Positions 6,605 to 14,580 are shown, counted from the first letter of the stretch. The stretch: 38,977 nt of DNA from Eubacteriales bacterium (GCA_045576575.1 JAZNGR010000062.1:1-38977); one strand, 5' to 3'. Made by a program: numbers and translations. Notes: generated from the letters alone by a model not told the origin.

Positions 6605-8191
6605 ATGTTGTATGTGAGAAAAAGAAAAATCAGAGTGGTTATTTATATTCGCTATTCTTCGCACAACCAGGATGGGTCATTTTCGACCGAGTATCAGTTG
6701 GCGGAGTGCAAGCGCTACCTAGAGGACAGTGGGTATGAGCTTGTCGAGGTTTATATCGACGAAGCAAAAACCGGTAAGAAGGTCGCAGGGCGTGACGCTT
6801 TCGATCGTATGATGTATGAGGCTTCACTAGATAAGTTCGAGAAGATTATCGTTTTTTCCTTCTCGCGTTCGTTCAGAAATACCAGAGACGCGCTAAACTA
6901 TAATCACGAACTACGCGAAAAGTACGGCATTGTCATTGAATCCGTTATCGAGCGCATTGACATGTCAGATCCACATGGCAAGTTTTCGGGTACGAACCTC
7001 TTTGCCATGCACGAGCTTCAATCCGACATCACGGCCGCGCACGTTAAGTCCGGCATGTATATTGCAGCTCAACAGGGGTACTACCTGGGCGGCTTTATCC
7101 CGCTCGGCTATGAGGTATATGGCACCGGTGAGTTCAGCCGAGGCCGGGAGCGTAAAAGGTACCGGATCAACGAAGAGGCGGCCAAGATCGTGAGGGAGAT
7201 ATACCGACTGTTCGCCGACGGCTTCTCTATCGGGCTTATTCAAAAAATGATGAGAGATAAGGGCGTGCGTGGATATTATGGAGACGCCATCACCAGAAAA
7301 AACATAGCTCGGACGCTTCGCTCGGAGTTTTATATTGGCACGCGAAAATACAATGTTAAAGGGTACGATCCGCTAGAGATCAAAAACTGTGTACCCGCCA
7401 TTATAGATATGGAGACCTGGAACAAAGTGCAGGCGCGCCATGCCGAGCATAAAGTCGCCAAGGGAAGGGTTACAAAGCGGGTCTATGGCCTCACCGGCAA
7501 GATGGTCTGCGCAAAGTGTGGAGCGCATATGTTTGGCACCTGCAAGCATAAAAGCAAGACCGCGGACGGTATGGATAGAGCTTACTATGTTTGTTCAAAT
7601 AAGAAAATAAGATCCACCTGTAACGCGTTAAGTGTTCGCAAACAGCATGTGGAAAAGTATTGCCTACAACAGATCCGGGAGAATATCTTAAACGAAGAGG
7701 CCATGCGCGCCATATCGCAGCAGATAGCAAGCGAAGCTGGTAACACTTCGGATGATATGGCAGCCGAGAAGAAGAAGGCCGAGCGGAGAAAAGAAAAGGT
7801 CGCCGGTATTTTGAAAAATATCAAAAAAGACCAGTACGAAGGCGAGATCACCAAAGAACTAGCCGAGGAGATGTCGGCGGAATATGAGCGGGAGCTGGTC
7901 GAGTTAGAAATTGCCGTACAAGGCCTCCAGCAGGCTCTAGAAAGCGCGATAACACCCGAAGGCGTGTATTTATACCTCCAGGAGCTTTTAAGCTACCACA
8001 ACTCAAATGAGGACGAACTAATAAAAGTTTTGTTCGATAAGCTAGTCGATAAAATCATTGTCCATGACGATCGAATTGAGCTACACTTGATCGTCTTTCC
8101 TTTTGCCCATATGGGGTATAATAACCCTTCCGCTCCGCCTTGCGTCCGCTTAAGTACCCAAGCTACAAAAAAAGAAATTGGCTGTAGATAA
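6605..8191 (+). CDS. int: Large serine recombinase (integrase)
   Basis: The N-terminal resolvase motif VVIYIRYSSHNQ carries the catalytic Ser. A recombinase domain, the zinc ribbon CAKCGAHM...YYVCSNK and a coiled coil follow. The ATG at 6612 is a possible alternative start. Confidence 0.9.
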   Translation: MLYVRKRKIRVVIYIRYSSHNQDGSFSTEYQLAECKRYLEDSGYELVEVYIDEAKTGKKVAGRDAFDRMMYEASLDKFEKIIVFSFSRSFRNTRDALNYNHELREKYGIVIESVIERIDMSDPHGKFSGTNLFAMHELQSDITAAHVKSGMYIAAQQGYYLGGFIPLGYEVYGTGEFSRGRERKRYRINEEAAKIVREIYRLFADGFSIGLIQKMMRDKGVRGYYGDAITRKNIARTLRSEFYIGTRKYNVKGYDPLEIKNCVPAIIDMETWNKVQARHAEHKVAKGRVTKRVYGLTGKMVCAKCGAHMFGTCKHKSKTADGMDRAYYVCSNKKIRSTCNALSVRKQHVEKYCLQQIRENILNEEAMRAISQQIASEAGNTSDDMAAEKKKAERRKEKVAGILKNIKKDQYEGEITKELAEEMSAEYERELVELEIAVQGLQQALESAITPEGVYLYLQELLSYHNSNEDELIKVLFDKLVDKIIVHDDRIELHLIVFPFAHMGYNNPSAPPCVRLSTQATKKEIGCR

Positions 8192-8234
8192 CAGAGGCCT
8201 AGCTTGTGGAAAACTTTACTTATATAGAGAAAAA

Positions 8235-8267
8235 GCCGCCAGCTCCACCCCAACTGACGGCCTTTTT
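8235..8267 (+). terminator. Terminator after integrase
   Basis: The hairpin is GCCGCCAG-N11-CTGACGGC followed by CTTTTT. Confidence 0.6.
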
Positions 8268-8330
8268 GAAAGAAATGCTAAAGGAGATTACTTTATGTAT
8301 ATGCACGGTTTCGTAAATGTTGCACATAGA

Positions 8331-8359
8331 CACAAAAAACCGCCAGATTTCTCTGGCGG
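8331..8359 (-). terminator. Terminator after the LysM-CAP gene
   Basis: The stem CCGCCAGA / TCTGGCGG is a perfect 8 bp. The minus strand continues with TTTTTTGTG. Confidence 0.65.
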
Positions 8360-8467
8360 CTTCCCGGAAGTGTAATTTAGATAGGAGTGTACTAAGTCGA
8401 GTTATAGGAGGTATAACTTACTCTTTATTATATGCACGTTCCCAAAAATGTTGCGTGTTGGCGCAAA

Positions 8468-9184
8468 TTATTTTATAAATAGTTGCACCCAGTAAGTACC
8501 CCATTTTCCACCGGTAACATACCCGATCCCGATTTGCTCATAATCGGCTTTGAGGATGTTGGCCCGGTGGCCGCTAGAGTTCATCCAGGAGTTCATGACC
8601 TCCTGGGCGTCTTTTTGGCCGGCTGCGATATTTTCGCCAGCGCTTGAGTACTGCACTCCGAATCGCTTTAACATGTCAAATGGCGATCCGTACGTTGGGG
8701 AGGTGTGATCGAAGTAACCTTTGTTGGCCATGTCTTGGGCTTTGACGGTGGCCACGTTGGTCAGTTTAGTGGAAAGGGTCAGAGCTTTTAGACCGCGCGC
8801 GGTTCGCTCTTTGTTTACCAGGTTTAGAACTTCCTTCGCCTGTTTCGTCACATCGGCGGCTTCGGCGGTTTCGGTTCCTTCCTGGTTGTTGGCTTCATCC
8901 GAGCTTTGGCCATGTTCACCTTCGGGAAGTTGTATGTCATCCTGCGGGTGGATCAGGTTTTGGTTCGGGTAGTGCCGGTTTATCTCCAAGATCCTGAAAA
9001 ATGGGATCTTGTAGCGTTTTGCTATTCTCCACATGCTGTCACCCTTTTGAGCGTCACAATGTTGGGCGTGCGCGGGAGATCCAGTGGCTAGAGCAAAAAA
9101 CATCATGGCAGTTAAAACTAGGAGTGTCTGTTTCATGATTTTATAATATGCTTGGCCGTGGTCGTCTATTCCCCAAAATCGCAT
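8468..9184 (-). CDS. Secreted LysM + CAP/SCP (YkwD-like) domain protein; probable moron
   Basis: The signal peptide is MKQTLLVLTAMMFFALATGSPAHA (likely true start 9136). LysM is GDSMWRIAKRYKIPFFRILEINRH. CAP motifs are GYFDHTSP and SSGHRANIL. It has flanking terminators of its own. Confidence 0.8.
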   Translation of the reverse strand: MRFWGIDDHGQAYYKIMKQTLLVLTAMMFFALATGSPAHAQHCDAQKGDSMWRIAKRYKIPFFRILEINRHYPNQNLIHPQDDIQLPEGEHGQSSDEANNQEGTETAEAADVTKQAKEVLNLVNKERTARGLKALTLSTKLTNVATVKAQDMANKGYFDHTSPTYGSPFDMLKRFGVQYSSAGENIAAGQKDAQEVMNSWMNSSGHRANILKADYEQIGIGYVTGGKWGTYWVQLFIK

Positions 9185-9269
9185 ATTTTTTGTTTTTGGG
9201 AAGTATATTTATTTTTTGGCTTGACTATACTGTTAAAGTCCATCAGAGACCTGTCAATGAGTGATAGAA

Positions 9270-9302
9270 AAAAGGCCCCTTTCTTTTAAGGGGTCTTTTT
9301 TG
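9270..9302 (-). terminator. Bidirectional terminator after RusA
   Basis: The stem is CCCCTT (9276-9281) / AAGGGG (9288-9293), flanked by an A-run and a T-run. Confidence 0.65.
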
Positions 9303-9305
9303 TGT

Positions 9306-9737
9306 TCAAGCGCGCACTTCGGTGATTTCGATGGTGGCGTGCGGATCTTCTTTGTTCACGCCTTGGTATGTTACGTTTAAGTGCCGCACATGCTGGGAAT
9401 CATCATCGGGAATCACCCCACCGGCCACCAGAGCGTCCAGGATCGCGGTGGCTTGGTTGTCGAGATCCCGGCGCCGGCGGTCTTTTTCCACGATGTTAAT
9501 TTTGATCGTGAATATGCTATCGGGGCTTGGCCGCCATCCATGATAGCGGGCCTGGCACCCCAGCTCCCACGCCATGTCCTCTTCTTGACTTTTGGCGTTT
9601 TGGTTTGATATAATTTGTGGTTTGCCAGTTCGGCGGTTGGTGATGATCCGCTTGCTATTCTTCTTGGAGTATATCTGGCCGTTGTAGCATAGCTTCACGC
9701 TATCTACCGGCTTCCAGTCCTCACCCAGCATCGTCAT
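9306..9737 (-). CDS. rusA: RusA-family Holliday junction resolvase
   Basis: It contains DRRRRDLDN followed by ILDALVAGGVIPDD; this nonamer is identical to the E. coli RusA catalytic motif. ATGA start/stop overlap links it to the upstream fibre gene. Confidence 0.85.
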   Translation of the reverse strand: MTMLGEDWKPVDSVKLCYNGQIYSKKNSKRIITNRRTGKPQIISNQNAKSQEEDMAWELGCQARYHGWRPSPDSIFTIKINIVEKDRRRRDLDNQATAILDALVAGGVIPDDDSQHVRHLNVTYQGVNKEDPHATIEITEVRA

Positions 9738-10591
9738 GACGGCAACTCGCTCAATCCTTTAATCTGGCTTGCGTAGGTAGACCAATAGTTTGCGGCTTGG
9801 TAACTAGAGACTAGATTGTCCGGAACGTAGACATAACCGGTGCCAGCGGCGATACTGGAGGCACTAAATGGGTCGGCGGAAAGATTAAACACTGATGGGG
9901 AGTCTATAATTAACTCCTCTAGGCGACTGCAGTAGCGAAACATACGCCCGGTCTGTACCGTATTCGGATTAGTCCATCCAGAGATATTTACCCGCTTTAG
10001 ATATGAGCGACGGTCAAACACACTATAAAAAGTAGACACCGTAGATGTATCCCAGCCACTCAAATCTACGTTTTGCAACGCGCTGGCAAGCGCGTTGCCA
10101 AGTGCCAAAAACGAGGCAAGATTAGTGACTTTTATATTATGATTTACTAGTAGCGTCGTTAAGGCGTATGTATCTTTAGCGAAGGAACCAAAATCGACCC
10201 CCGAGCCAGATACTGCTAGCTCACTTATATCTATTGTTTCGACTGAAGTGCCGGAGAGAACGCCTTGCGCAGCGGTGACAGCGCCACCACCGGTGAGTTT
10301 TACCGTGCCTTCTAGGGCTACAAAACCACTGAATAAATTCGTGAGGTTGGCGTTAGACGTAGCGATGTTTAGCGAGGGGACGCGCTTTAGTATTGTCGTT
10401 GCCGTATCGCCGCTATTTATTTCGGTCAAGACCTCTGCATTATTGCCTCCACCACTCGGTACAGAGGTAATCGCAGTCGTCAAGTTATCTGTGTTCTTAT
10501 TAGCCGGCACTGTTCCACCCTTAGCCTGAATGGCGTCATAGGCCGCAGAGATATTATCAGATAGATTACTTAATTCTGTTGCTATACTCAT
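9734..10591 (-). CDS. Tail fibre tip / receptor-binding protein with BspA-type leucine-rich repeats
   Basis: It is 285 aa. The N-terminus is LSNLSDNISAAYDAIQAKGGTVP. Degenerate ~22-aa LRR-like units follow (..F..C..L..V.L......I....F). It is the last gene of a fibre cassette. Confidence 0.65.
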   Translation of the reverse strand: MSIATELSNLSDNISAAYDAIQAKGGTVPANKNTDNLTTAITSVPSGGGNNAEVLTEINSGDTATTILKRVPSLNIATSNANLTNLFSGFVALEGTVKLTGGGAVTAAQGVLSGTSVETIDISELAVSGSGVDFGSFAKDTYALTTLLVNHNIKVTNLASFLALGNALASALQNVDLSGWDTSTVSTFYSVFDRRSYLKRVNISGWTNPNTVQTGRMFRYCSRLEELIIDSPSVFNLSADPFSASSIAAGTGYVYVPDNLVSSYQAANYWSTYASQIKGLSELPS

Positions 10592-11073
10592 TACACTCCA
10601 CTCCCGCTATTTAGGGTTTGTAAAACTGTTTCCACATTTCCCACATCTGTTACAATTTCGTTAATAGCCACCACCACGCTTGACTGGTCGGTGGTGTCAA
10701 GGGTAGTCAAGTCGCCGATTTTATCGTTCAAGGTCTTCGCCACATCCGCAAGATCCGCGGTGTTAGCTTTGCCGGCCATGGCGGTGTTTAAGTCGTCAAT
10801 CCGGCCATCGAGAGCCTGGTCAGCACCCGCGCGCAAGCGGGCCTCATCCGCCAGGTCATCGGTTAATTGTTCGGCCGCGTCGCTCACCTTTTCATCTACC
10901 TGGTCGCCGGTCTGGTAGCCAGAATCATTTTCTAGATCACTGGTCTTTAGCACTACATCGCCGGTGTAACCGTTGACCGAATCCACGGCTCCGCCAGCGC
11001 CACCCCCCACTTTGATCGCCTCGCGCTGCACGTCGATTTCTTGCTCAATTATTTCACGTTCGAGATCCGCCAT
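10591..11073 (-). CDS. Tail fibre shaft protein (coiled-coil)
   Basis: The motif SVNGYTGDVVLKTSDL is typical of phage fibre proteins. Acidic coiled-coil repeats are present. It is translationally coupled to both neighbours. Confidence 0.65.
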   Translation of the reverse strand: MADLEREIIEQEIDVQREAIKVGGGAGGAVDSVNGYTGDVVLKTSDLENDSGYQTGDQVDEKVSDAAEQLTDDLADEARLRAGADQALDGRIDDLNTAMAGKANTADLADVAKTLNDKIGDLTTLDTTDQSSVVVAINEIVTDVGNVETVLQTLNSGSGV

Positions 11074-11075
11074 AT

Positions 11076-11429
11076 CTACTCCCCCTCATTTCCGGCGTGG
11101 GTTGCCTCTCGCAAAAGCGTAAAGGCGCCCTTGGCCACGGTTGTTTTGACTTGGCCTTCTTCATCCGCGATCACCTCAAGATCGTAAACATAGCGGCCGA
11201 ACTTTAGCTGGTCGGTCTCTTCCGGAGTGATGGTGAAGTGGTAGTATTTTTCGCTATCAAAACTCATGTCAGCGATCGTTTTTTGCAGCAGGTGGCTGGA
11301 ATCTTTCCAGTCTTTCTTCACGGTAAAGAATATCTTGGGCGCTTTGGTGGTGATCACGTTGCCATCAGCGTCTTTGCGCTGGAATTTGAAGGCGGCGGTG
11401 TCACCCCTAGTGAGTGTGATGTCGCTCAT
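11076..11429 (-). CDS. BppU-N-like small baseplate/fibre adaptor (paralog of 23032..23352)
   Basis: MSDITLTRGDTAAFKF... parallels MENFIMTRGDTLAFGL... of the other cassette. The RBS is GAAGGAG. Confidence 0.65.
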   Translation of the reverse strand: MSDITLTRGDTAAFKFQRKDADGNVITTKAPKIFFTVKKDWKDSSHLLQKTIADMSFDSEKYYHFTITPEETDQLKFGRYVYDLEVIADEEGQVKTTVAKGAFTLLREATHAGNEGE

Positions 11430-11483
11430 CTTAAATCTCCTTCTGATTATTAAATGTCTTTACCTCTATTTTACACCACTTTC

Positions 11484-11771
11484 CTATTGTTTTTGCGCTT
11501 CGGCGTGCTTTCTCACTTTCTTTAATTCCTGCATGACCTTAAACCGGAACTCTGACCAGTCCTCCTCCGGCAAGGTTTCCATATACATCGCGATCACATC
11601 GCCTATTTGGGCCGGGGTGGAATCCTTATTTTTGGGCGAGATCACAAACTCGGCATAGTCAAGAGAGCCGCGGTGAAGGTCAGCCGGGGTGGCCGATGGT
11701 TTAACCAGCATGGCGGTTTTGGCCTTCGGATCTGCCAGCCATTTTTTGAATCTAGTCCAGTCTTTACTCAT
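11484..11771 (-). CDS. Hypothetical protein (95 aa)
   Basis: It is an ORF in an operon, with a 4-nt overlap with the upstream gene. Confidence 0.65.
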   Translation of the reverse strand: MSKDWTRFKKWLADPKAKTAMLVKPSATPADLHRGSLDYAEFVISPKNKDSTPAQIGDVIAMYMETLPEEDWSEFRFKVMQELKKVRKHAEAQKQ

Positions 11772-12028
11772 TTACTTGTTTTCTCCTCCAGGAAGTCGCC
11801 CAGGTCATCCTCACCGACGGCCTCGGCCTCTTTTTCCTCATTAGTCTGCACGGTGCGGATCTTATCATAGCCTTGCCATACAAACTTGAGAGCTTCCATC
11901 AGTTTGTTAAATTCTTTTTTGTCAAGATCCCACACCAGGTTTACTAGCTTTTGGAATCGCTCCTCGGTCGGATCTACAAAAGACCAGTTTTTGTCCTCTT
12001 TTTTTCTGAATAGGCCTTTAATTCGCAT
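11768..12028 (-). CDS. Hypothetical protein (86 aa; MRIKGLFRKK...)
   Basis: The internal ATG at 12028 is preceded by GAGGAGGTAC. The longer track ORF (to 12172) overlaps the neighbouring gene and looks non-protein-like. Confidence 0.6.
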   Translation of the reverse strand: MRIKGLFRKKEDKNWSFVDPTEERFQKLVNLVWDLDKKEFNKLMEALKFVWQGYDKIRTVQTNEEKEAEAVGEDDLGDFLEEKTSK

Positions 12029-12215
12029 GTACCTCCTCACCGTGCAGGTAGCACTTGTCGCTTCCGTACACGCCATATATGCTGGTGCAGTAGGCTTCTT
12101 TATTCTTTTGATCGTCTGGGCGCGCCGCGCAGGCCCCCATAATCCCGCCAAGCATGAATATAGTAAGTGCAACCAGGATTATAAAAATTGCCGTTATAAA
12201 ATCCTCTCTATCCAT
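12018..12215 (-). CDS. Small membrane protein (65 aa, one TM helix)
   Basis: The TM segment is ITAIFIILVALTIFMLGGIMGA. The C-terminal part is Cys-containing. Confidence 0.6.
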   Translation of the reverse strand: MDREDFITAIFIILVALTIFMLGGIMGACAARPDDQKNKEAYCTSIYGVYGSDKCYLHGEEVHAN

Positions 12216-12221
12216 GACTTG

Positions 12222-12344
12222 CTACATCCTCCTGCTCACATCCTCAAGCGCCGAGGCGATCTTCTCCAGGTATTCCGTGATTTGCGGAATATCTCTTTCC
12301 AACATTTCGTATAATTCGTCAAGTTTAGCTGCTACATCATCCAT
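12222..12344 (-). CDS. Small acidic helical protein (40 aa; MDDVAAKLDELYEML...)
   Basis: The ATG at 12344 is preceded by GAAAGGACAACAA. The upstream part of the 86-aa track ORF overlaps gene 12362..12535. Confidence 0.5.
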   Translation of the reverse strand: MDDVAAKLDELYEMLERDIPQITEYLEKIASALEDVSRRM

Positions 12345-12361
12345 TTGTTGTCCTTTCGTTA

Positions 12362-12535
12362 TTAAACCAGTGATAAAAAGTCTATTACAGTGCAGGTCAA
12401 AACCGCCAGCACGATCATAAAACCGATCGTGAATACCGCGACCGGGGGGCGGATCTTCTCTTCCCTTGCGAAGATCGCCCACACCGCGCCAACCCCCATC
12501 ATGATCAAGCCCGCGAGAAATATTGTAAAGGTCAT
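12362..12535 (-). CDS. Small membrane protein (57 aa, two TM helices)
   Basis: It has an ATGA overlap with the upstream stop. GGAGGA lies 6 nt before the ATG at 12535. The TM segments are FTIFLAGLIMMGVGAVWAIF and VFTIGFMIVLAVLTCTVI. Confidence 0.65.
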   Translation of the reverse strand: MTFTIFLAGLIMMGVGAVWAIFAREEKIRPPVAVFTIGFMIVLAVLTCTVIDFLSLV

Positions 12536-13089
12536 GCCGCGTCCTCCCATTCTAGCTCCTCTTCCCGGTCTGTACAGAGCTTCCGCAGGACTTCTTCTTG
12601 CTTTGGTGAGGGGTGGGTCCGGCTCACCAGGTTATTGTATTCATATTTTAACTGGTCTGAGGTGTGGATCTTTTGAAACTCCTTTTTGATTCGGTCGAAG
12701 TCATAACCCCGGCCATCTTTGACGCACGCTATGAGGTTCGGTTCACCCTCCGGCTCCTCTTCTTTCGGCGGTGCTTCTGGCGCTGGATTAGCGGTGTCGA
12801 GGCACAACCAGCCCATCGCCATGAGCAAGCTCTCCATGCGCGCGCGGTTTAATGCCTTGCCGGGCTGGGATGGCGTCGGCAAGCCCTGGTAGACAACTAC
12901 ATCCAGCTCGCCTTCCTCGCCCTCCTCAACCTCCTCGATCTCATCTTTCTTTAGCTCGGTGTAGATGTAGTCACGATGAGCCGCGCTGTTTACTTGGATG
13001 TACTGTCTAAAGGAGATCCCCTCAGCCTTTACCGCCTCGATAATGGCCTTCTCATCATAGGTGGTGAAGATGGGCGGTTTATTTTCCAT
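12532..13089 (-). CDS. Hypothetical acidic protein (185 aa; MENKPPIF...)
   Basis: The ATG at 13089 is preceded by GGAAGGTGG. The track start at 13125 lies inside the upstream gene. Confidence 0.65.
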   Translation of the reverse strand: MENKPPIFTTYDEKAIIEAVKAEGISFRQYIQVNSAAHRDYIYTELKKDEIEEVEEGEEGELDVVVYQGLPTPSQPGKALNRARMESLLMAMGWLCLDTANPAPEAPPKEEEPEGEPNLIACVKDGRGYDFDRIKKEFQKIHTSDQLKYEYNNLVSRTHPSPKQEEVLRKLCTDREEELEWEDAA

Positions 13090-13426
13090 CCTGGCCACCT
13101 TCCGCGCGGGCGACCTGTTTGGCACTCACCGCCAGTGCCACATCCACGCACCGGTCGAGCGCCTTGGTCACCTCGCCTAGCGTTTTCTCCACTGGCGTGC
13201 CTCCGATCTCCGCTTTATAGGCCTTTTCTGCGGATTCCAGTAGCGACGCCGCGGCGCTCAAATAGCCTGCGAAAAATCCCAGATTGGTGAGTATCACCGG
13301 CAGCGGCACCCCCTGATCCGCTATGTTTTGATTTATCTTTGAGACCGTCGCGTTCCCTTTCCGGCGCGCGTCCGCTGTTGTCGCTTTTTGGTGTGCTTGG
13401 TTGTCGGTTACTGGAATCTTTGTCAT
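13079..13426 (-). CDS. Hypothetical protein (115 aa) with central hydrophobic helix
   Basis: The RBS is GAAAGGTAATAACA-ATG. The composition is protein-like. It overlaps 212 nt of the 3' end of ORF 13215..13709 out of frame. Confidence 0.55.
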   Translation of the reverse strand: MTKIPVTDNQAHQKATTADARRKGNATVSKINQNIADQGVPLPVILTNLGFFAGYLSAAASLLESAEKAYKAEIGGTPVEKTLGEVTKALDRCVDVALAVSAKQVARAEGGQDGK

Positions 13427-13709
13427 TGTTATTACCTTTCTTGCTTTTATTTAATGTTTTCTTCGCTGGCCCCCGCTTGCTTATCTTCCCGCCGATGGCG
13501 CCGGCCCGGCGCGCCAGCTCTTTGTTCTGGTAGAAGCCGCCGGTGTGACCATTCCGGCCACCGTCGGCTCCGATTCTTTTATAGAAGTCTTCGCCGTATT
13601 TCTTTCTATTTGTCGCGGCAGCTTTTAGGCCGCCCGCTCTTGTTCCTGCCATTTTTAACTCCTCTTTTTGTTCACTCCCTATTTTTTCACTTTTTGAATT
13701 TCGTCTCAT
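13215..13709 (-). CDS. KGG-repeat general-stress-like protein (C-terminal extent uncertain)
   Basis: GGLKAAATNRKKYGEDFYKRIGADGGRNGHTGGFYQNKELARRAGAIGGKISKRG resembles KGG stress-protein repeats. An alternative start at 13652 has the RBS AGAGGAG. The low-complexity tail overlaps the next gene. Confidence 0.55.
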   Translation of the reverse strand: MRRNSKSEKIGSEQKEELKMAGTRAGGLKAAATNRKKYGEDFYKRIGADGGRNGHTGGFYQNKELARRAGAIGGKISKRGPAKKTLNKSKKGNNNDKDSSNRQPSTPKSDNSGRAPERERDGLKDKSKHSGSGGAAAGDTHQSGIFRRLFERRGVATGIRRKGL

Positions 13710-13903
13710 TCTTTCTTAAAGATCTGCCACACCCGGTCAGTATTAAAGTATTCGCTAAACCTCATCATCACGGTATAAGAGGGGTTTTGCGCGCCTCGCT
13801 CGATCGACTTATAATGGCTGGTGCTTATACCTAGCTTTTCGGCCATTTCGGGCTGGGTGAGCTGGCGGGCTTTTCTGAATACCTTTAGTTTATTCCTCTT
13901 CAT
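13706..13903 (-). CDS. XRE-family HTH regulator (65 aa)
   Basis: The HTH is LTQPEMAEKLGISTSHYKSIERGAQNPS. Confidence 0.8.
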   Translation of the reverse strand: MKRNKLKVFRKARQLTQPEMAEKLGISTSHYKSIERGAQNPSYTVMMRFSEYFNTDRVWQIFKKE

Positions 13904-13905
13904 TT

Positions 13906-14133
13906 TTACCCTCCATTATTCGCCGCCCATTGTGCGACTATTTGGCTGGCCAGCTTGTCTAGCACCAGCCGCTTTAGTTCATCTTCTTTAATCATAATAT
14001 CTCCGAGAGCCTCGCGGCCATGTTCCCTGATCCATGCTTCCGCAAGCTTGTCGATGATTTCTCTTTTAGTTCCGGCCTTGACCGCTATTGTGGCAAGTTC
14101 GTCAAGCTCTATTTTTACTCCATCTGGTGTCAT
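13906..14133 (-). CDS. Hypothetical helical protein (75 aa)
   Basis: It is an ORF tightly packed between neighbours (2-nt gap downstream). Confidence 0.65.
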   Translation of the reverse strand: MTPDGVKIELDELATIAVKAGTKREIIDKLAEAWIREHGREALGDIMIKEDELKRLVLDKLASQIVAQWAANNGG

Positions 14134-14151
14134 TTTTTACCTTTCTCCGCC

Positions 14152-14505
14152 TTACCAGCAGGGTGTATTAGCTGGCCTTAAAGTTTCTATTCCGTCATAG
14201 TCATCCACATAATAATCCATGCCTCCCGGAATCTCGACCACTTCCAGTTCAGAAAAGTTAGTGTTCGCCTTTTCGCCAAGCTCCTCGACAACTTCGATCA
14301 GCGTGGGATCTTCCCTATACTCTTCATAAAGGAGAAGGCAGTCACGGTCACTCTTCGGGCGCACGCCATCCTTGAGGCCGTCCGTGTAACAACTCCCACG
14401 GTAAAACCTGCAAGGTAGCCCTTTCTTTTGGCAATATAACCGGTAGCCTTCTTCGGACACATCGAATCCGCCATAACATTTGTTGAGTATTACTTTCTTG
14501 CTCAT
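14152..14505 (-). CDS. Hypothetical protein (117 aa; MSKKVILNKCYGGF... family common in Firmicutes phages)
   Basis: It is the first ORF after the promoter at 14534-14562. The RBS is AACGAAAGGTAATAA-ATG. Confidence 0.7.
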   Translation of the reverse strand: MSKKVILNKCYGGFDVSEEGYRLYCQKKGLPCRFYRGSCYTDGLKDGVRPKSDRDCLLLYEEYREDPTLIEVVEELGEKANTNFSELEVVEIPGGMDYYVDDYDGIETLRPANTPCW

Positions 14506-14533
14506 TTATTACCTTTCGTTTATTTATATTTCC

Positions 14534-14562
14534 ATTTTATGTCAAAAAGCATTATATGTAAA
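14534..14562 (-). promoter_or_regulatory. SigA-type promoter TTTACA-N17-TAAAAT (paralog of the promoter at 2407-2435)
   Basis: The minus strand has TTTACA (plus 14557-14562), a 17-nt spacer and TAAAAT (plus 14534-14539). The surrounding ~75 bp is about 70 percent identical to 2380-2455. Confidence 0.6.
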
Positions 14563-14580
14563 TACTTTTATTTTCAATTT

